Assembly (NCBI GenBank): GCA_045862895.1
Contig: BTUO01000002.1
Location: 113,141 to 177,140 of the forward strand
Length of the DNA: 64,000 nucleotides
DNA from: Acidobacteriota bacterium
GTDB taxonomy: Bacteria > Acidobacteriota > Thermoanaerobaculia > Multivoradales > JAGPDF01
Direction: 5' to 3'
Both the position numbers and the translations under genes were made by a program. Shown here piece after piece: positions 18,690-28,539 of this stretch (the first letter of the stretch is position 1; the number at the start of each line of letters is the position of its first letter). Below the pieces are notes generated by a model. It searched no databases, had not been told where the DNA came from, and saw only the letters and a list, made by a program, of their open reading frames with translations.

Positions 18690-20108
18690 ATGTTCCGCGT
18701 CACGACCGTCGCCGCGTTGGTCCTCGCCGCCGGACCGCTGGCCGGGCAGGGACCCGGCCTGCCGACCCAGACCTGGCCGGCCGGCACCTACCTGGGCGCC
18801 ATGGACAAGGGGGGGAGGGTGACCACCTTCCATCGCGGCTGGCTCTACCTCGGCGCCCAGGACGACACGTCGGTCTGGGACATTTCCGATCCGACCGACC
18901 CGCAGATGGAGCAATTCTCCGCGATCGGGGTCAACGGCCACTCCTGGTACAAGATCGGGGACCTGTTCTGGCGCCAGTACTGGATTCCCGAGCACCTCGA
19001 CGCCGATCCGCCGCAGTTCCAGAGTCTCGCGAACCCGCTCGTCCGCGTGCCCTGGACGCAGCCGATGCACTTCCCGATCGGCACCTGGCGCTGGCACTTC
19101 CTGTCGACCTATCCGCTCTCGATCGGCAACGACGTGGTCGACGTGCGCACCGGCCAGCAACTGTCGGACCGCAACCTGTCCGCCGAGGACGGGATCAACG
19201 CGGGCCTCTCTTTCCGGATCGGCAACCTGCTGTTCTTCACCCCCGGCGACGAGCAGACCGGCGTCTCGGTGTTCGACGTCGGCGATCCTGCGAACCCGGT
19301 GCTGCTCGACGTGCTCTCCGGCAACTTCCGGCAGTACACCACGGCCTGGCAGGTCTGGCGCAACTACGTCGTCCTGATGTCGGGCGACGAGACCAACGGA
19401 CCCGACCAGAACGCCAATCTGGTGGCGATCGACTTCTCGGACCCGACCGACCTCCAGGTCGGATTCACGCTCCCGTACTCGACGCTGCCCGGCCGCTACG
19501 TCCACTTCCAGGACGAGTTCGGTTTCGCCGGTCGCTTCAATGTCGGCCGCAAAGTGAACCTGGAGACCGGGCAGATCGCCCAGAGCTTCCAGCCGCCACC
19601 CGGAGGAGTCTTCGAGGACTTCCAGTGGATTCCCCTCGGGCACCTGCTGATGATGAGTCAGGCGCAGGTCGGGAGCAGCCACAGCTACCTCTACGCTCAC
19701 CGGCCGGACCTCGACGACGACCGGCCGTACGTCGGTTATCACCTGCCGGTCGACGGCGCGGTCGACCAGCCGGTCGGCACCGTGATCGGGCTGGTGATCA
19801 ACGAGGAGCTGGACGACACTACGATTCACGACGGCACCATCGAGGTGCGGCCCCTGGGCGGCGCGTCGATCGAGGGGACGGTGGTCTCGACCCAGTACGA
19901 CGTCGTCAACTTCACCCCCGAGCCGGCGCTGCTCCCGAACACGACCTACGAGGTGCGCGTGCGCGGTGACGGCATCCGCGATCTGGCCGGCAACCGCATC
20001 CAGTACACCACCTTCCGTTTCTCCACCGGCCCGAGCCTCGCGACCTGCATCCTGTGCGACGGTTTCGAGAGCGGGGATACGGGAGCCTGGTCGACGCCGG
20101 CGCCGTGA
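18690..20108 (+). CDS. Secreted beta-propeller (LVIVD-like) and Ig-like domain protein with DGFESGD tail
   Basis: GGAGGG RBS, signal peptide, WDISDPTDP/FDVGDPANP/IDFSDPTD repeats, Big_5-like FTPEPALLPNTTYEV..DLAGN, tail ILCDGFESGDTGAWS. Confidence 0.78.
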   Translation: MFRVTTVAALVLAAGPLAGQGPGLPTQTWPAGTYLGAMDKGGRVTTFHRGWLYLGAQDDTSVWDISDPTDPQMEQFSAIGVNGHSWYKIGDLFWRQYWIPEHLDADPPQFQSLANPLVRVPWTQPMHFPIGTWRWHFLSTYPLSIGNDVVDVRTGQQLSDRNLSAEDGINAGLSFRIGNLLFFTPGDEQTGVSVFDVGDPANPVLLDVLSGNFRQYTTAWQVWRNYVVLMSGDETNGPDQNANLVAIDFSDPTDLQVGFTLPYSTLPGRYVHFQDEFGFAGRFNVGRKVNLETGQIAQSFQPPPGGVFEDFQWIPLGHLLMMSQAQVGSSHSYLYAHRPDLDDDRPYVGYHLPVDGAVDQPVGTVIGLVINEELDDTTIHDGTIEVRPLGGASIEGTVVSTQYDVVNFTPEPALLPNTTYEVRVRGDGIRDLAGNRIQYTTFRFSTGPSLATCILCDGFESGDTGAWSTPAP

Positions 20109-22375
20109 GCGGTCGGCGAGCCGCCTTCGGCTTCGTGCTGCTCGTCTCGGCTGCTGCCGCTGCCGAGGCCGGTCCGCCGTCCGTGACGGCGCTCACGCTC
20201 GACCCGCCCTCGCCGGTGCCGGTCGGAACCGACGTCACGCTGGCCGCCACGGCCTCCGACCCGGACGGCGATCCGCTGTCGTTCCGCTGGGATTTCGGCG
20301 ACGGCTCGCCGCAGACCGGCTGGCTGCCCGGTCAGAGCTCGATCGCGCACGTCTACGCCGCGACGGGGGTCTTCACCGCGATCGTCCAGGCGCGCGACCC
20401 CGGCGGCGCGGTCGCCGCGCGGGTGGTGACGCTCGTGGTCCACGATCCGGTGGCGGAGGCGGCGCCGACCCGTTCATCGACGGTGCTCGTCGACGCCGAA
20501 CGAGGGCGGGTCTGGACCGCCAACGCCGATCACGACACGGTCTCGTCGTTCGACCTCGAGCTCGGCGATCGCGTCGAGCTGCCGGCCTGCGACGAGCCGC
20601 GCGGCTTGGCCCTCGACGCGCTCGGCCGGCTCTGGGTGCCGTGCCGGGCCGACGACGCGATCGCCGTGATCGACGCCGCCAGCGCGACGACCGTCGCGAC
20701 GGTCGTCCTCGACTGGGGCGCGGCGCCGGTCGCGGCGGTGGCGACTCCCGACGGCGCGGCGATCTGGATCGCGGAGCGCGGGCCAGGGCGCGTGGTTCGT
20801 CGCGACGCCGCGACGCTCGGCGTCACCGCCGTGGTCGAAGTCGGACCGGACCCCGCGGCGCTGGCGATGTCGCCCGACGGCTCGTCGCTGCTCGTCTCGC
20901 GCCTGGTCTCGTCCGGGATCGCCGGCACGGTGCACCGGGTCGACGCCGAAGCTCCCGGGGCCCCGCTCGCGATCGCGCTGCCGCTCGACTCGACTTCGCC
21001 CGACTCGGGCACGGCCGGCCGCGGCCTGCCGAACGCGCTCGCCGGCCTCGCAATCTCGCCCGACGGCACCCGCGCCTGGGTGGTCGGCAAGAAGGACAAC
21101 GTCCTGCGTGGACAGTACCGGGAGGGGACCTCGCTCACCTTCGAGACGACGACGCGAGCGATCGTCGCCGAGATCGACCTCGCCTCGTCGCAGGAGATCG
21201 TCGCCCGGCGCAACGACGTCGACGACCAGTCGGCGGCCTCCGCGATCGTCGCCTCGCCGCTCGGCTCGCACCTGTTCGTCACTTTCCACGGATCGCGCCG
21301 GCTGGTCGCGTTCGTCGTCGCCAGCGGCGCCGAGGCGACGCGCGTCGACGTCGGCCTCGGGCCGGACGGCGTCGCGATCGATCCGCAGAGTCGCCGGGTC
21401 TACGTCCATTCGGGGCTCGACCGGTCGATCCGCGGCTTCGACGCGTCAGCGCTGCTCGACCGCGGCGAGACCGTCCTGCCGCAGGTCGCCGTCGCGCCGA
21501 CCGTCGGTGCCGAGGTGCTGCCGCCGGCGGTCTACGCCGGCAAGCGCATCTTCTCGGACGCCCGCGACCCGCGCATGTCGCAGGAGGGCTACCTCTCCTG
21601 TGGCGCCTGCCACGCCGACGGCGGACGCGACGGGCGCGTGTGGGACTTCACCCAGTTCGGCGAGGGATTGCGCGAGACCACGACGCTGCGCGGCGCCGGG
21701 CGCGCGGGCCGCGGTCTCCTGCACTGGACCGGTAACTTCGACGAGGCGCAGGACTTCGAGACGCCGATCCGCGAGCACTTCGGCGGCACCGGTCTGATGT
21801 CGGACGAACAGTATGCGCTCTCGGCGCCGCCCATGGGCCCGCCGAAGGCCGGACGTTCGGCCGATCTCGACGCGCTGGCCGCCTACGTCGACTCACTGGT
21901 CGAGGTCGAGCGCAGCCCGCATCGCGAGGCGGACGGCGCGCCGACGGCGGACGGCGCCGCCGGGCGCGCGCTGTTCGTCGCCGCGGGGTGCGTCGCCTGC
22001 CACGCCGGTCCGTCCTTCACCGACAGCTCGCTGCGCCTGCGTCACGACGTCGGGACGATCGGACCGGGCTCGGGCGGTCGCCTCGGGTTGCCGCTCGACG
22101 GGCTCGACACGCCGAGCCTGCTGGGCGTCTGGGCGACCGCGCCGTACCTCCACGACGGCTCGGCCGCGACGCTCGAAGAGGTCCTGACGCTGCGCAATCC
22201 GGTCGATCAGCACGGGCAGACGGCGGCGCTGTCGTCGACCGAGATCGCGCAGCTGGTCGCCTTCCTGCTCGAGCTCGACGGCGCGGAGCCGCCGTTCGAC
22301 GGCCCGGGCGCGACGGTTTTCGCGGACGGCTTCGACTCCGGCGATCTGTCGGCCTGGAGCGGCGCCGCTCCCTGA
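20105..22375 (+). CDS. Secreted PKD + YVTN/YncE beta-propeller + di-heme cytochrome c (peroxidase-like) protein
   Basis: GTG overlaps the previous stop. WDFGDGS PKD motif, two CxxCH (CGACH, CVACH), TPSLLGVWATAPYLHDGSA, tail VFADGFDSGDLSAWS. Confidence 0.85.
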   Translation: MSGRRAAFGFVLLVSAAAAAEAGPPSVTALTLDPPSPVPVGTDVTLAATASDPDGDPLSFRWDFGDGSPQTGWLPGQSSIAHVYAATGVFTAIVQARDPGGAVAARVVTLVVHDPVAEAAPTRSSTVLVDAERGRVWTANADHDTVSSFDLELGDRVELPACDEPRGLALDALGRLWVPCRADDAIAVIDAASATTVATVVLDWGAAPVAAVATPDGAAIWIAERGPGRVVRRDAATLGVTAVVEVGPDPAALAMSPDGSSLLVSRLVSSGIAGTVHRVDAEAPGAPLAIALPLDSTSPDSGTAGRGLPNALAGLAISPDGTRAWVVGKKDNVLRGQYREGTSLTFETTTRAIVAEIDLASSQEIVARRNDVDDQSAASAIVASPLGSHLFVTFHGSRRLVAFVVASGAEATRVDVGLGPDGVAIDPQSRRVYVHSGLDRSIRGFDASALLDRGETVLPQVAVAPTVGAEVLPPAVYAGKRIFSDARDPRMSQEGYLSCGACHADGGRDGRVWDFTQFGEGLRETTTLRGAGRAGRGLLHWTGNFDEAQDFETPIREHFGGTGLMSDEQYALSAPPMGPPKAGRSADLDALAAYVDSLVEVERSPHREADGAPTADGAAGRALFVAAGCVACHAGPSFTDSSLRLRHDVGTIGPGSGGRLGLPLDGLDTPSLLGVWATAPYLHDGSAATLEEVLTLRNPVDQHGQTAALSSTEIAQLVAFLLELDGAEPPFDGPGATVFADGFDSGDLSAWSGAAP

Positions 22376-22387
22376 AGCGGGGTTTCG

Positions 22388-22954
22388 TCAGTCGCCGCCG
22401 TCCGGCCGGTCGCCGCGGTGGATCTCCTCGGGCGGAAAGACCATCAGCGTGCTGGTGGCGTGGGCGGCGAGGCGCCCGTCGGGCAGCAGCAGTCGCCCTT
22501 CGGCGACCGCCGAGCGGCGACCCAGGTGGAGGACGGTGCCCTCGGCCGTGACCCGGGGCGAGCGGGCCGAGAGCGACCGGATGTAGTTGACCTTGAGCTC
22601 GAGCGTCGCGCAGGTCACGCCGAACGGCAGCTGGGTCATCACGGCGCAGCCGGTGACGGTGTCGAGCAGCATCGCGGCGACGCCGCCGTGGACGACGCCG
22701 TTGGGGTTGTAGTGGTGCTCGCCCGGCTGGAGGCCGAAGACGACGCGGCCGGGGTCGACCTCGTCGATCTCGAAACCGAGCAGCGCGCCCACCGGAGGCC
22801 CGGGAATCTCACCGTCGCGCATCGCCCTCAGGAAATCGAGGCCGGAGAGCCGCAGCTCGATGGCCAGGCGGAGGATCTCGCGCGGGTCGGTCCACTCGAC
22901 GGTGCGGGTGTGCGCGGCCCGGGTCGCGCCCGGCGTGTCCTGGGATTCGGTCAT
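22388..22954 (-). CDS. PaaI-family thioesterase
   Basis: HYNPNGVVHGGVAAMLLD hotdog-fold motif. Confidence 0.9.
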   Translation of the reverse strand: MTESQDTPGATRAAHTRTVEWTDPREILRLAIELRLSGLDFLRAMRDGEIPGPPVGALLGFEIDEVDPGRVVFGLQPGEHHYNPNGVVHGGVAAMLLDTVTGCAVMTQLPFGVTCATLELKVNYIRSLSARSPRVTAEGTVLHLGRRSAVAEGRLLLPDGRLAAHATSTLMVFPPEEIHRGDRPDGGD

Positions 22955-23027
22955 GGCGACTCCGGAGACGTGAAGGCGCCGGCCCGCGATCGCGGACCGG
23001 CGCCCGGATGGTAGCAGCGCGGCGCGC

Positions 23028-23606
23028 TTACTGCTTCTTGGTCGAGAGGTGGATCTCGACGTTGACGTCGTCGGAGAGCAGGAATCCGCCCTGGTCGAGC
23101 GCCTTGTTCCAATTGATTCCGAACTCCTTGCGATCGAGGGTGGTTTCGGTCGAGAAGCCGGCGCGCAGATTCCCCCACGGATCCTTCATCTCGCCGTCGA
23201 AGGTCACGGGCAGGGTGATCACCTTGGTGACGCCGCGCATCGTCAACGGACCAGTCACCTTGTACTCGGTATCGGAGACCTTCTCGATCGAGGTGCTCTT
23301 GAAGGTGATCGTCGGATGGTTGGCGACGTCGAAGAAGTCCGGAGTGCGCAGATGCTTGTCGCGATCGGCGATGCCGGTGTCGATCGAGGTCGCCTGGATG
23401 GTGAACTCGATCGATGACTTCGCCGGGTCGGCGTCCTTGACCACGGTTGCGGTGAAGTCGCGGAAGACGCCGCGCACGCGCGACATCAGGTGGCGGACCT
23501 GGAAGCTGACCTCGGAATGGCCCGGATCGACGACCCAGGTGTCGGCGGCGAACGCCGGCGCGGAGAGTGTGACGGCGAGAACGGCGATGGCGATGCGCTT
23601 CATCAT
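23028..23606 (-). CDS. YceI-family periplasmic polyisoprenoid-binding protein
   Basis: Signal peptide, VDPGHSEVSFQVRH, RDKHLRTPDFFDV. Confidence 0.92.
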   Translation of the reverse strand: MMKRIAIAVLAVTLSAPAFAADTWVVDPGHSEVSFQVRHLMSRVRGVFRDFTATVVKDADPAKSSIEFTIQATSIDTGIADRDKHLRTPDFFDVANHPTITFKSTSIEKVSDTEYKVTGPLTMRGVTKVITLPVTFDGEMKDPWGNLRAGFSTETTLDRKEFGINWNKALDQGGFLLSDDVNVEIHLSTKKQ

Positions 23607-23652
23607 GGTGTCGCTCCTCTGGTCGTTGACGTGGGGAATCGATGACGACGAA

Positions 23653-24153
23653 TCAGGTCTCGACCGGCTCCGCCGGGCCGACGCCGGCGCGGACTTTGTC
23701 GAGCAGCTTCGAGAGCTTGCGGACCTCGGGTTCGCCGAGCTCGCGGAAGGCGTCGACCAGCGCGGCGCGCAGCGGCTCGTCGAGCGCGGCGAGCAGCGTC
23801 AGGCCGGCCGGGGTGATCGAACAAAGCACCTGCCGGCGGTCGTTCCTGCAACGATCGCGCCGGACCAGCCCCTTGATCTCGAGCCGGTCGAGCAGGCGGG
23901 TGATTCCCGGCGTCGACTCGATCATCCGGGTCGCGATCTCGAGCGTTGGAAGGTTGCCCGGATGCGAGCCGCGCAGGATGCGCAGCACGTTGTACTGCTG
24001 GTGGGTGATCCCGCTCGGCTCGACCGTCTCGGCGACCTGCCGGCGCAGTCGCTCCGCGGTCAGCATCACCCCCACCGCCGCCTCCTCCTCGGCGCTGCGA
24101 AAGGGGCGGGTCTGCCGGAGCTCGGTCTGCACGTCGGTCGGTTTCGGGGCCAT
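23653..24153 (-). CDS. MarR-family transcriptional regulator
   Basis: ITHQQYNVLRIL..ITRLLDRLEIKGLVRR..DRR wHTH. Real start is ATG24153 inside the longer ORF; upstream of the YceI gene. Confidence 0.9.
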   Translation of the reverse strand: MAPKPTDVQTELRQTRPFRSAEEEAAVGVMLTAERLRRQVAETVEPSGITHQQYNVLRILRGSHPGNLPTLEIATRMIESTPGITRLLDRLEIKGLVRRDRCRNDRRQVLCSITPAGLTLLAALDEPLRAALVDAFRELGEPEVRKLSKLLDKVRAGVGPAEPVET

Positions 24154-24333
24154 GAGGTTTACACTACCTCTAAATGATTGACATGACAATCTACGCCCTC
24201 CGCTCTCTGGTTCCGTGGCACGTCCGTAAGTGGCTTCGGATCGGGGAGATCGCCGATGAGTCCCCGACTCGGAGCCGGCCCAGCGCCGACTTGAGAGAGG
24301 ATGTGGGGAAGACGAAAGAGGGGCTCGGAAGAG

Positions 24334-24924
24334 ATGACCGAAAGGTGCGCGGGTCGGACCGGTGTGCTTCTGTCGCTTGTTCTCGTCCTCGCGAGCTGCG
24401 ACGACTCCTACACGTTTCCGATCATCGAGCTCGATCGTTCCCAGCATGCCGGGACGCCGATCCTGGGCACCTGGCGGGTCGAGGAGTTCGTCGGTGAGCG
24501 GGAGGGGCTGGAGGACGCGTCGAGAGTGACCTTCGAGTCCGACGAGGAGGGGCGCCTGTGGATGCGTTTTTCGGACTCTCCTCAGGAGCGTGGTCGTTGC
24601 GCCGCACTTCGCGACCGTCAGGAGCTCCTGGTCTCGTGTCGATTCGGACCCACGGAGGCCGACGGCGGCTGGATTCTGGTCAAGATCCGCTTCGTCGCGA
24701 GCGGTGAGGTGCTGGAGGTGTTTCCTCCGCGCGCGGATCAGCTGCGCTCGGCCGTTCGCGACGGGACACTCCCCGGGCGACTCATGACCTTCGAAGTCCC
24801 CGACGATCTGATCGAGGTCGAGGCACCTCCGGAACGACTCCGGCAGTTCTTCGTCGGGAACGAGCTCGCCTTCCCGGACCGCCCGGCGGTGGTCTTGAGT
24901 CGAGTGTGGCAGTCGCCCTCGTAG
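24334..24924 (+). CDS. Hypothetical lipoprotein
   Basis: Hydrophobic stretch and lipobox VLASC; region of lower GC. Confidence 0.6.
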   Translation: MTERCAGRTGVLLSLVLVLASCDDSYTFPIIELDRSQHAGTPILGTWRVEEFVGEREGLEDASRVTFESDEEGRLWMRFSDSPQERGRCAALRDRQELLVSCRFGPTEADGGWILVKIRFVASGEVLEVFPPRADQLRSAVRDGTLPGRLMTFEVPDDLIEVEAPPERLRQFFVGNELAFPDRPAVVLSRVWQSPS

Positions 24925-25012
24925 GTGCACCAGCGCGAGCGCCTGCTGCGAGAAGCTGCCGGCAGCCGGGCGGATCGGGCGGCGAGTCGACGCAGGACCA
25001 GGAGACTCCCCG

Positions 25013-25816
25013 ATGAAGCTCACGGTGGGAACGATGTCGCTTGTGATGCTGTGCGCGGCGGCGAGCCTCGCTGCGGACTCCCTGCTTCGACCGCGATGCA
25101 GACCGGACTGGACCCGGGAAGGTCAGGATGGGCCGGTGAACGACTACCACGGAGATTCGCACTACCGCCTGAGGCAGGCGGGGGTTCGAGCCGATCCGGA
25201 GGAGCTGCTCGGAGTCGTCGTCTACGAGAAGGAGCACCGAATCCGGATCGAAGCGCTCGCCGCGATTGCGGACTGCGAGTTCAGGGAGACTCGCGGGGAG
25301 CTCGAGAAGTTCCTCGAGGATCCTGCGTCGAAAGCGTTCCGCGAGATTCTCACGACGATTCTCCTTCAGTGGGGAAGTGAGAAGGCGAGGGCCTATGTTC
25401 GAGACGCGGCGACGAATCCTCTCAATGAAGACAAGCGACGACTCGAGTGGTACCCGGTGCACCTCAAGTACGGCGGGAAGTGTGACCTCCCATTTCTCAG
25501 GAGCATGGTGATCTCCAGGGATCCGAGAACGCGATCCATGTCCGCGCCTGCCGTCGCCGGCCTCCTGGGGCGGCCGGAATGCGCGGAAGCTGGCCTCGAG
25601 CTCATGCGGACACTGCTCCGAGACTCACAGGCGGAGGTACGTTCGTTTGCGCTCAACCGCCTCTACGACGAGGCCTATCGGGGAAAGCGTGCCGACCTCT
25701 GGCGACTCATCGAGGAGGTCGCCGAGCGAGGTGCGGGGGAGGAGCTGCGGGCCGAGGCTGCGAAGTACCTCGGGAGGCCCGGGCGTCGTGGAGCGAGCTC
25801 TGCACCGAGAGAGTGA
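25013..25816 (+). CDS. Secreted HEAT-repeat-like hypothetical protein
   Basis: AGGAG RBS, signal peptide, helical repeats (RIRIEALAAIA; LLRDSQAEVRSFAL; LRAEAAKYLG). Confidence 0.6.
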   Translation: MKLTVGTMSLVMLCAAASLAADSLLRPRCRPDWTREGQDGPVNDYHGDSHYRLRQAGVRADPEELLGVVVYEKEHRIRIEALAAIADCEFRETRGELEKFLEDPASKAFREILTTILLQWGSEKARAYVRDAATNPLNEDKRRLEWYPVHLKYGGKCDLPFLRSMVISRDPRTRSMSAPAVAGLLGRPECAEAGLELMRTLLRDSQAEVRSFALNRLYDEAYRGKRADLWRLIEEVAERGAGEELRAEAAKYLGRPGRRGASSAPRE

Positions 25817-25901
25817 GTCCTCGGGTCGAGAAGCGGCGATGACCCCCTCCGGGCGGGTTCGTCGTACTGTTTCGGGAGCCGATGATCCCAGGAGGGTATC
25901 G

Positions 25902-26741
25902 ATGCCGCCTCGTTTCCGTTTCTTTGTAGCTGCCGCTTTCGTGTTGGCCGGGTCCGTCGCCGTCCGGGCCGATGTCGAGGACGATCTGAGGGCCCGGCTG
26001 CGCGGGCGGTGGGCGATCGTCAAGTCGCCGATCGCCAGCGAGTGCACCGAGCATTACACCGACAACGCCGCGTCGGGTCGTTACGCATCGGGGCGCGGGC
26101 CGGTGCAGCTGCCGGCGGGGGAGCTGGTCTCGATCGACAACGTCCACGTCGGCTGGACCCGGTTCGACGTCAACCTGAGCCTCCAGGTGCCCTACCGCGT
26201 GACCATCGTCGACGGGCCGTTCACGCTCTACGAGCTGCGCGCCTGCCGCGTCCAGATCTCCTTCGACGTGCCGCGCGAGGTGCGCAAGGACCTCGGACGG
26301 GCCGAGGCGACCGTGCTCGAGATCCTCGAGGTCCACGACAGCGAGCGTGCCGCCCACGCCTCCTCGGCTTGGAACGCCCGCGAGCCCGAGGCGCTGCCGG
26401 CGGACTCCGAGCAGGTCTGGGCCGAGTACCGGGTCTGGAAGGCGGCGCAGGTCAACGCCGCGGTCCGGCGCCGGATCGAAGAGGTGCTGGCCGACGCGCA
26501 GGCGGTGCTGCGCAACATGTCGGACGACGCCGACTACCTCGACTCGTTCGGCCGCGGCGCGGCCGCTCGCCGCTACGAGTCGGTCACCGACTGCGACGCG
26601 CTGCTGTCGGCCTCCTTCTATGTCTCGGGCTCGGGCGGCAAGAGCTCGCGCGGCTACGCCGACGGTCAGCGCGTCGCCTGGGCGACGATGGTCGCGCGCG
26701 GCCTCGCCGGCTGCCTGGTCGACGTCACTCCCCTCCCCTGA
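25902..26741 (+). CDS. Secreted hypothetical protein
   Basis: GGAGG RBS, signal peptide MPPRFRFFVAAAFVLAGSVAVRA, typical GC3-rich codon usage, 4 Cys. Confidence 0.72.
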   Translation: MPPRFRFFVAAAFVLAGSVAVRADVEDDLRARLRGRWAIVKSPIASECTEHYTDNAASGRYASGRGPVQLPAGELVSIDNVHVGWTRFDVNLSLQVPYRVTIVDGPFTLYELRACRVQISFDVPREVRKDLGRAEATVLEILEVHDSERAAHASSAWNAREPEALPADSEQVWAEYRVWKAAQVNAAVRRRIEEVLADAQAVLRNMSDDADYLDSFGRGAAARRYESVTDCDALLSASFYVSGSGGKSSRGYADGQRVAWATMVARGLAGCLVDVTPLP

Positions 26742-26787
26742 GGAGATCCGGGGACAGGATGGTTGACCATCCTGTCCCCGGATCTCC
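26742..26787. terminator. Perfect 22-bp inverted repeat between convergent genes (bidirectional terminator or REP-like)
   Basis: GGAGATCCGGGGACAGGATGGT-tg-ACCATCCTGTCCCCGGATCTCC. Confidence 0.7.
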
Positions 26788-26792
26788 CGGGG

Positions 26793-27767
26793 TCAGGCGG
26801 TCAGGCCGCGCGGTTCCATCCAGTCGGGGTTGAGCTTCGACAGGTAGCGCTCGCCCGAATCGGGGAAGAGGGTGATGACGATGGCGTCGTCCGGCAGCCC
26901 CTTGGCCAGCTCGCGGGCGGCGTGGGCGGCGGCGCCGCCCGAAGAGCCGGTGAAGATCCCCTCGGTGCGCGCCAGCTCGAAGACGGCCTTGTAGGCGGTC
27001 GGGTCGTCGACGGTCATCACCTCGTCGATGTACTGCGGCCAGTAGCTCTCGGGCAGATAGCTCTGGCCGATGCCGTCGATCAGGTAGACCCGCAGCTCCT
27101 CGGGAGTCGGCAGCTTGCCGGTGCGGTGGTAGTGCTCGTAGACGCTCCCCGCCGGGTCGACGCCGACGATGCGCACCGCCGGATTCTTCTCCTTGAGGTA
27201 GCGCGCGACGCCGGAGATGGTGCCGCCGGTGCCGATCCCGGCCACGAAGTGGGTCACCTTGCCGTCGGTCTGCTCCCAGATCTCGGGCCCGGTCGTCTCG
27301 TAGTGCGCGATCGGGTTGGCCTGGTTGAAGTACTGGTAGGGCAGGTAGGCGCCGCGCTCGTCGCGGATCCGCTCCGCGACCTTGTAGTAGGAGCGCGGGT
27401 CGTCGGCGGCGACGTCGACCGGACAGACCACCACCTCGGCGCCGTGCGCCTCGAGCAGGGCGATCTTCTCCTTCGAGATCTTCTCGGTCGCGGTGCAGAC
27501 CAGCTTGTAACCACGCAGGATGCAGGCGAGCGCGAGCCCGAGACCGGTGTTGCCGCTGGTCGGCTCGACGATGGTCATGCCGGGCGTGAGCTTTCCCTCG
27601 CGCTCGCCGGCCTCGATCATGGCGAGGCCGATCCGGTCCTTGACGCTCGCGGCCGGGTTGAAGAACTCGAGCTTGGCGGCGACCAGCGCGCCCTCGGGGT
27701 GGTAACGGCGCAGGGCGACGATCGGAGTGTTGCCCAGCGTTTCGAGGATGTTCTGACGGATGTCCAT
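26793..27767 (-). CDS. PLP-dependent cysteine synthase / cystathionine beta-synthase family protein
   Basis: KLEFFNPAASVKDR, EPTSGNTG, GIGTGGT, FPDSGERYLS. Confidence 0.92.
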   Translation of the reverse strand: MDIRQNILETLGNTPIVALRRYHPEGALVAAKLEFFNPAASVKDRIGLAMIEAGEREGKLTPGMTIVEPTSGNTGLGLALACILRGYKLVCTATEKISKEKIALLEAHGAEVVVCPVDVAADDPRSYYKVAERIRDERGAYLPYQYFNQANPIAHYETTGPEIWEQTDGKVTHFVAGIGTGGTISGVARYLKEKNPAVRIVGVDPAGSVYEHYHRTGKLPTPEELRVYLIDGIGQSYLPESYWPQYIDEVMTVDDPTAYKAVFELARTEGIFTGSSGGAAAHAARELAKGLPDDAIVITLFPDSGERYLSKLNPDWMEPRGLTA

Positions 27768-27870
27768 CGCTTCCTGGGTGCGCTCGCGCGCGTCGGGCCT
27801 GCCGATTGGGGGGATGCGGATCTGCGAGGCGTTCGCGACCGGCGCGGTCCGCGCTCCGGAAGGGCCTATC

Positions 27871-28539
27871 CTATCCGAGCCCGGAGGTGCCGCCGAGCAG
27901 CCGGACCACCAGGCGGGCGGCGAAGAAGAGCATCAGCGCGCCGGTCGCGGCGCGCGTGGTGATTTCCCATCCCGGCGTCGCGAAGCGGGCTCCGAAGTGC
28001 ACCGCGGTGCACAGGACGAGCCCCCAGAGCGTCGCGCCGGTGACCACCGCCGCCGCCAGCACCAGCGAGCGCGTCATCGTCAGCGAGCCGCCCGACTGCT
28101 GGCCGATCACGGCCAGCCAGAAGGCGATGTTCCAGGGCGAAGACAGCGCCATGCCGAGTCCGAGCAGATAGCCGCCGCGGGTCGAGTCGAGGGCGGAAGC
28201 GACGGGCTCCGGCTCGCCGCGGCGCAGCCGGCGCCAGCTCCGCCAGGCACCGGACAGGAAGCTCCAGGCCAGCCAGAGCAGCAGCGCGAAGCTGATCCCG
28301 GCCAGCGCGGGGCGGACCCCCGGCAGGTCGGCGAGCGCGCCGGCGCCGAGCGCGACCCCGAGCGCCCAGAGGAAGTCGCCGGTGCAGGCGCCCAGGCCGA
28401 GCGCGAACGCCGGCCAGAAGCCGCGCGCCAGGCCGCGACGGATCATCTCCGCGTTGATCGGTCCCGGCGGCCAGGCCACCGACCAGCCGAGCAGCAGCCC
28501 GGTGCCGATCGTGGCGGCGAGCGAGGCGGGCGCGGTCAC
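27871..28539 (-). CDS. LysE-family translocator
   Basis: PPGPINAEMIRRGL, SSPWNIAFW, multiple TM helices. GTG start overlaps the upstream kinase stop. Confidence 0.85.
   Translation of the reverse strand: MTAPASLAATIGTGLLLGWSVAWPPGPINAEMIRRGLARGFWPAFALGLGACTGDFLWALGVALGAGALADLPGVRPALAGISFALLLWLAWSFLSGAWRSWRRLRRGEPEPVASALDSTRGGYLLGLGMALSSPWNIAFWLAVIGQQSGGSLTMTRSLVLAAAVVTGATLWGLVLCTAVHFGARFATPGWEITTRAATGALMLFFAARLVVRLLGGTSGLG

Noticed and set aside
23653-25023. 456-aa fusion ORF ending in MarR
   Set aside because: Only the last 166 aa are MarR; the upstream part is antisense to the lipoprotein gene.
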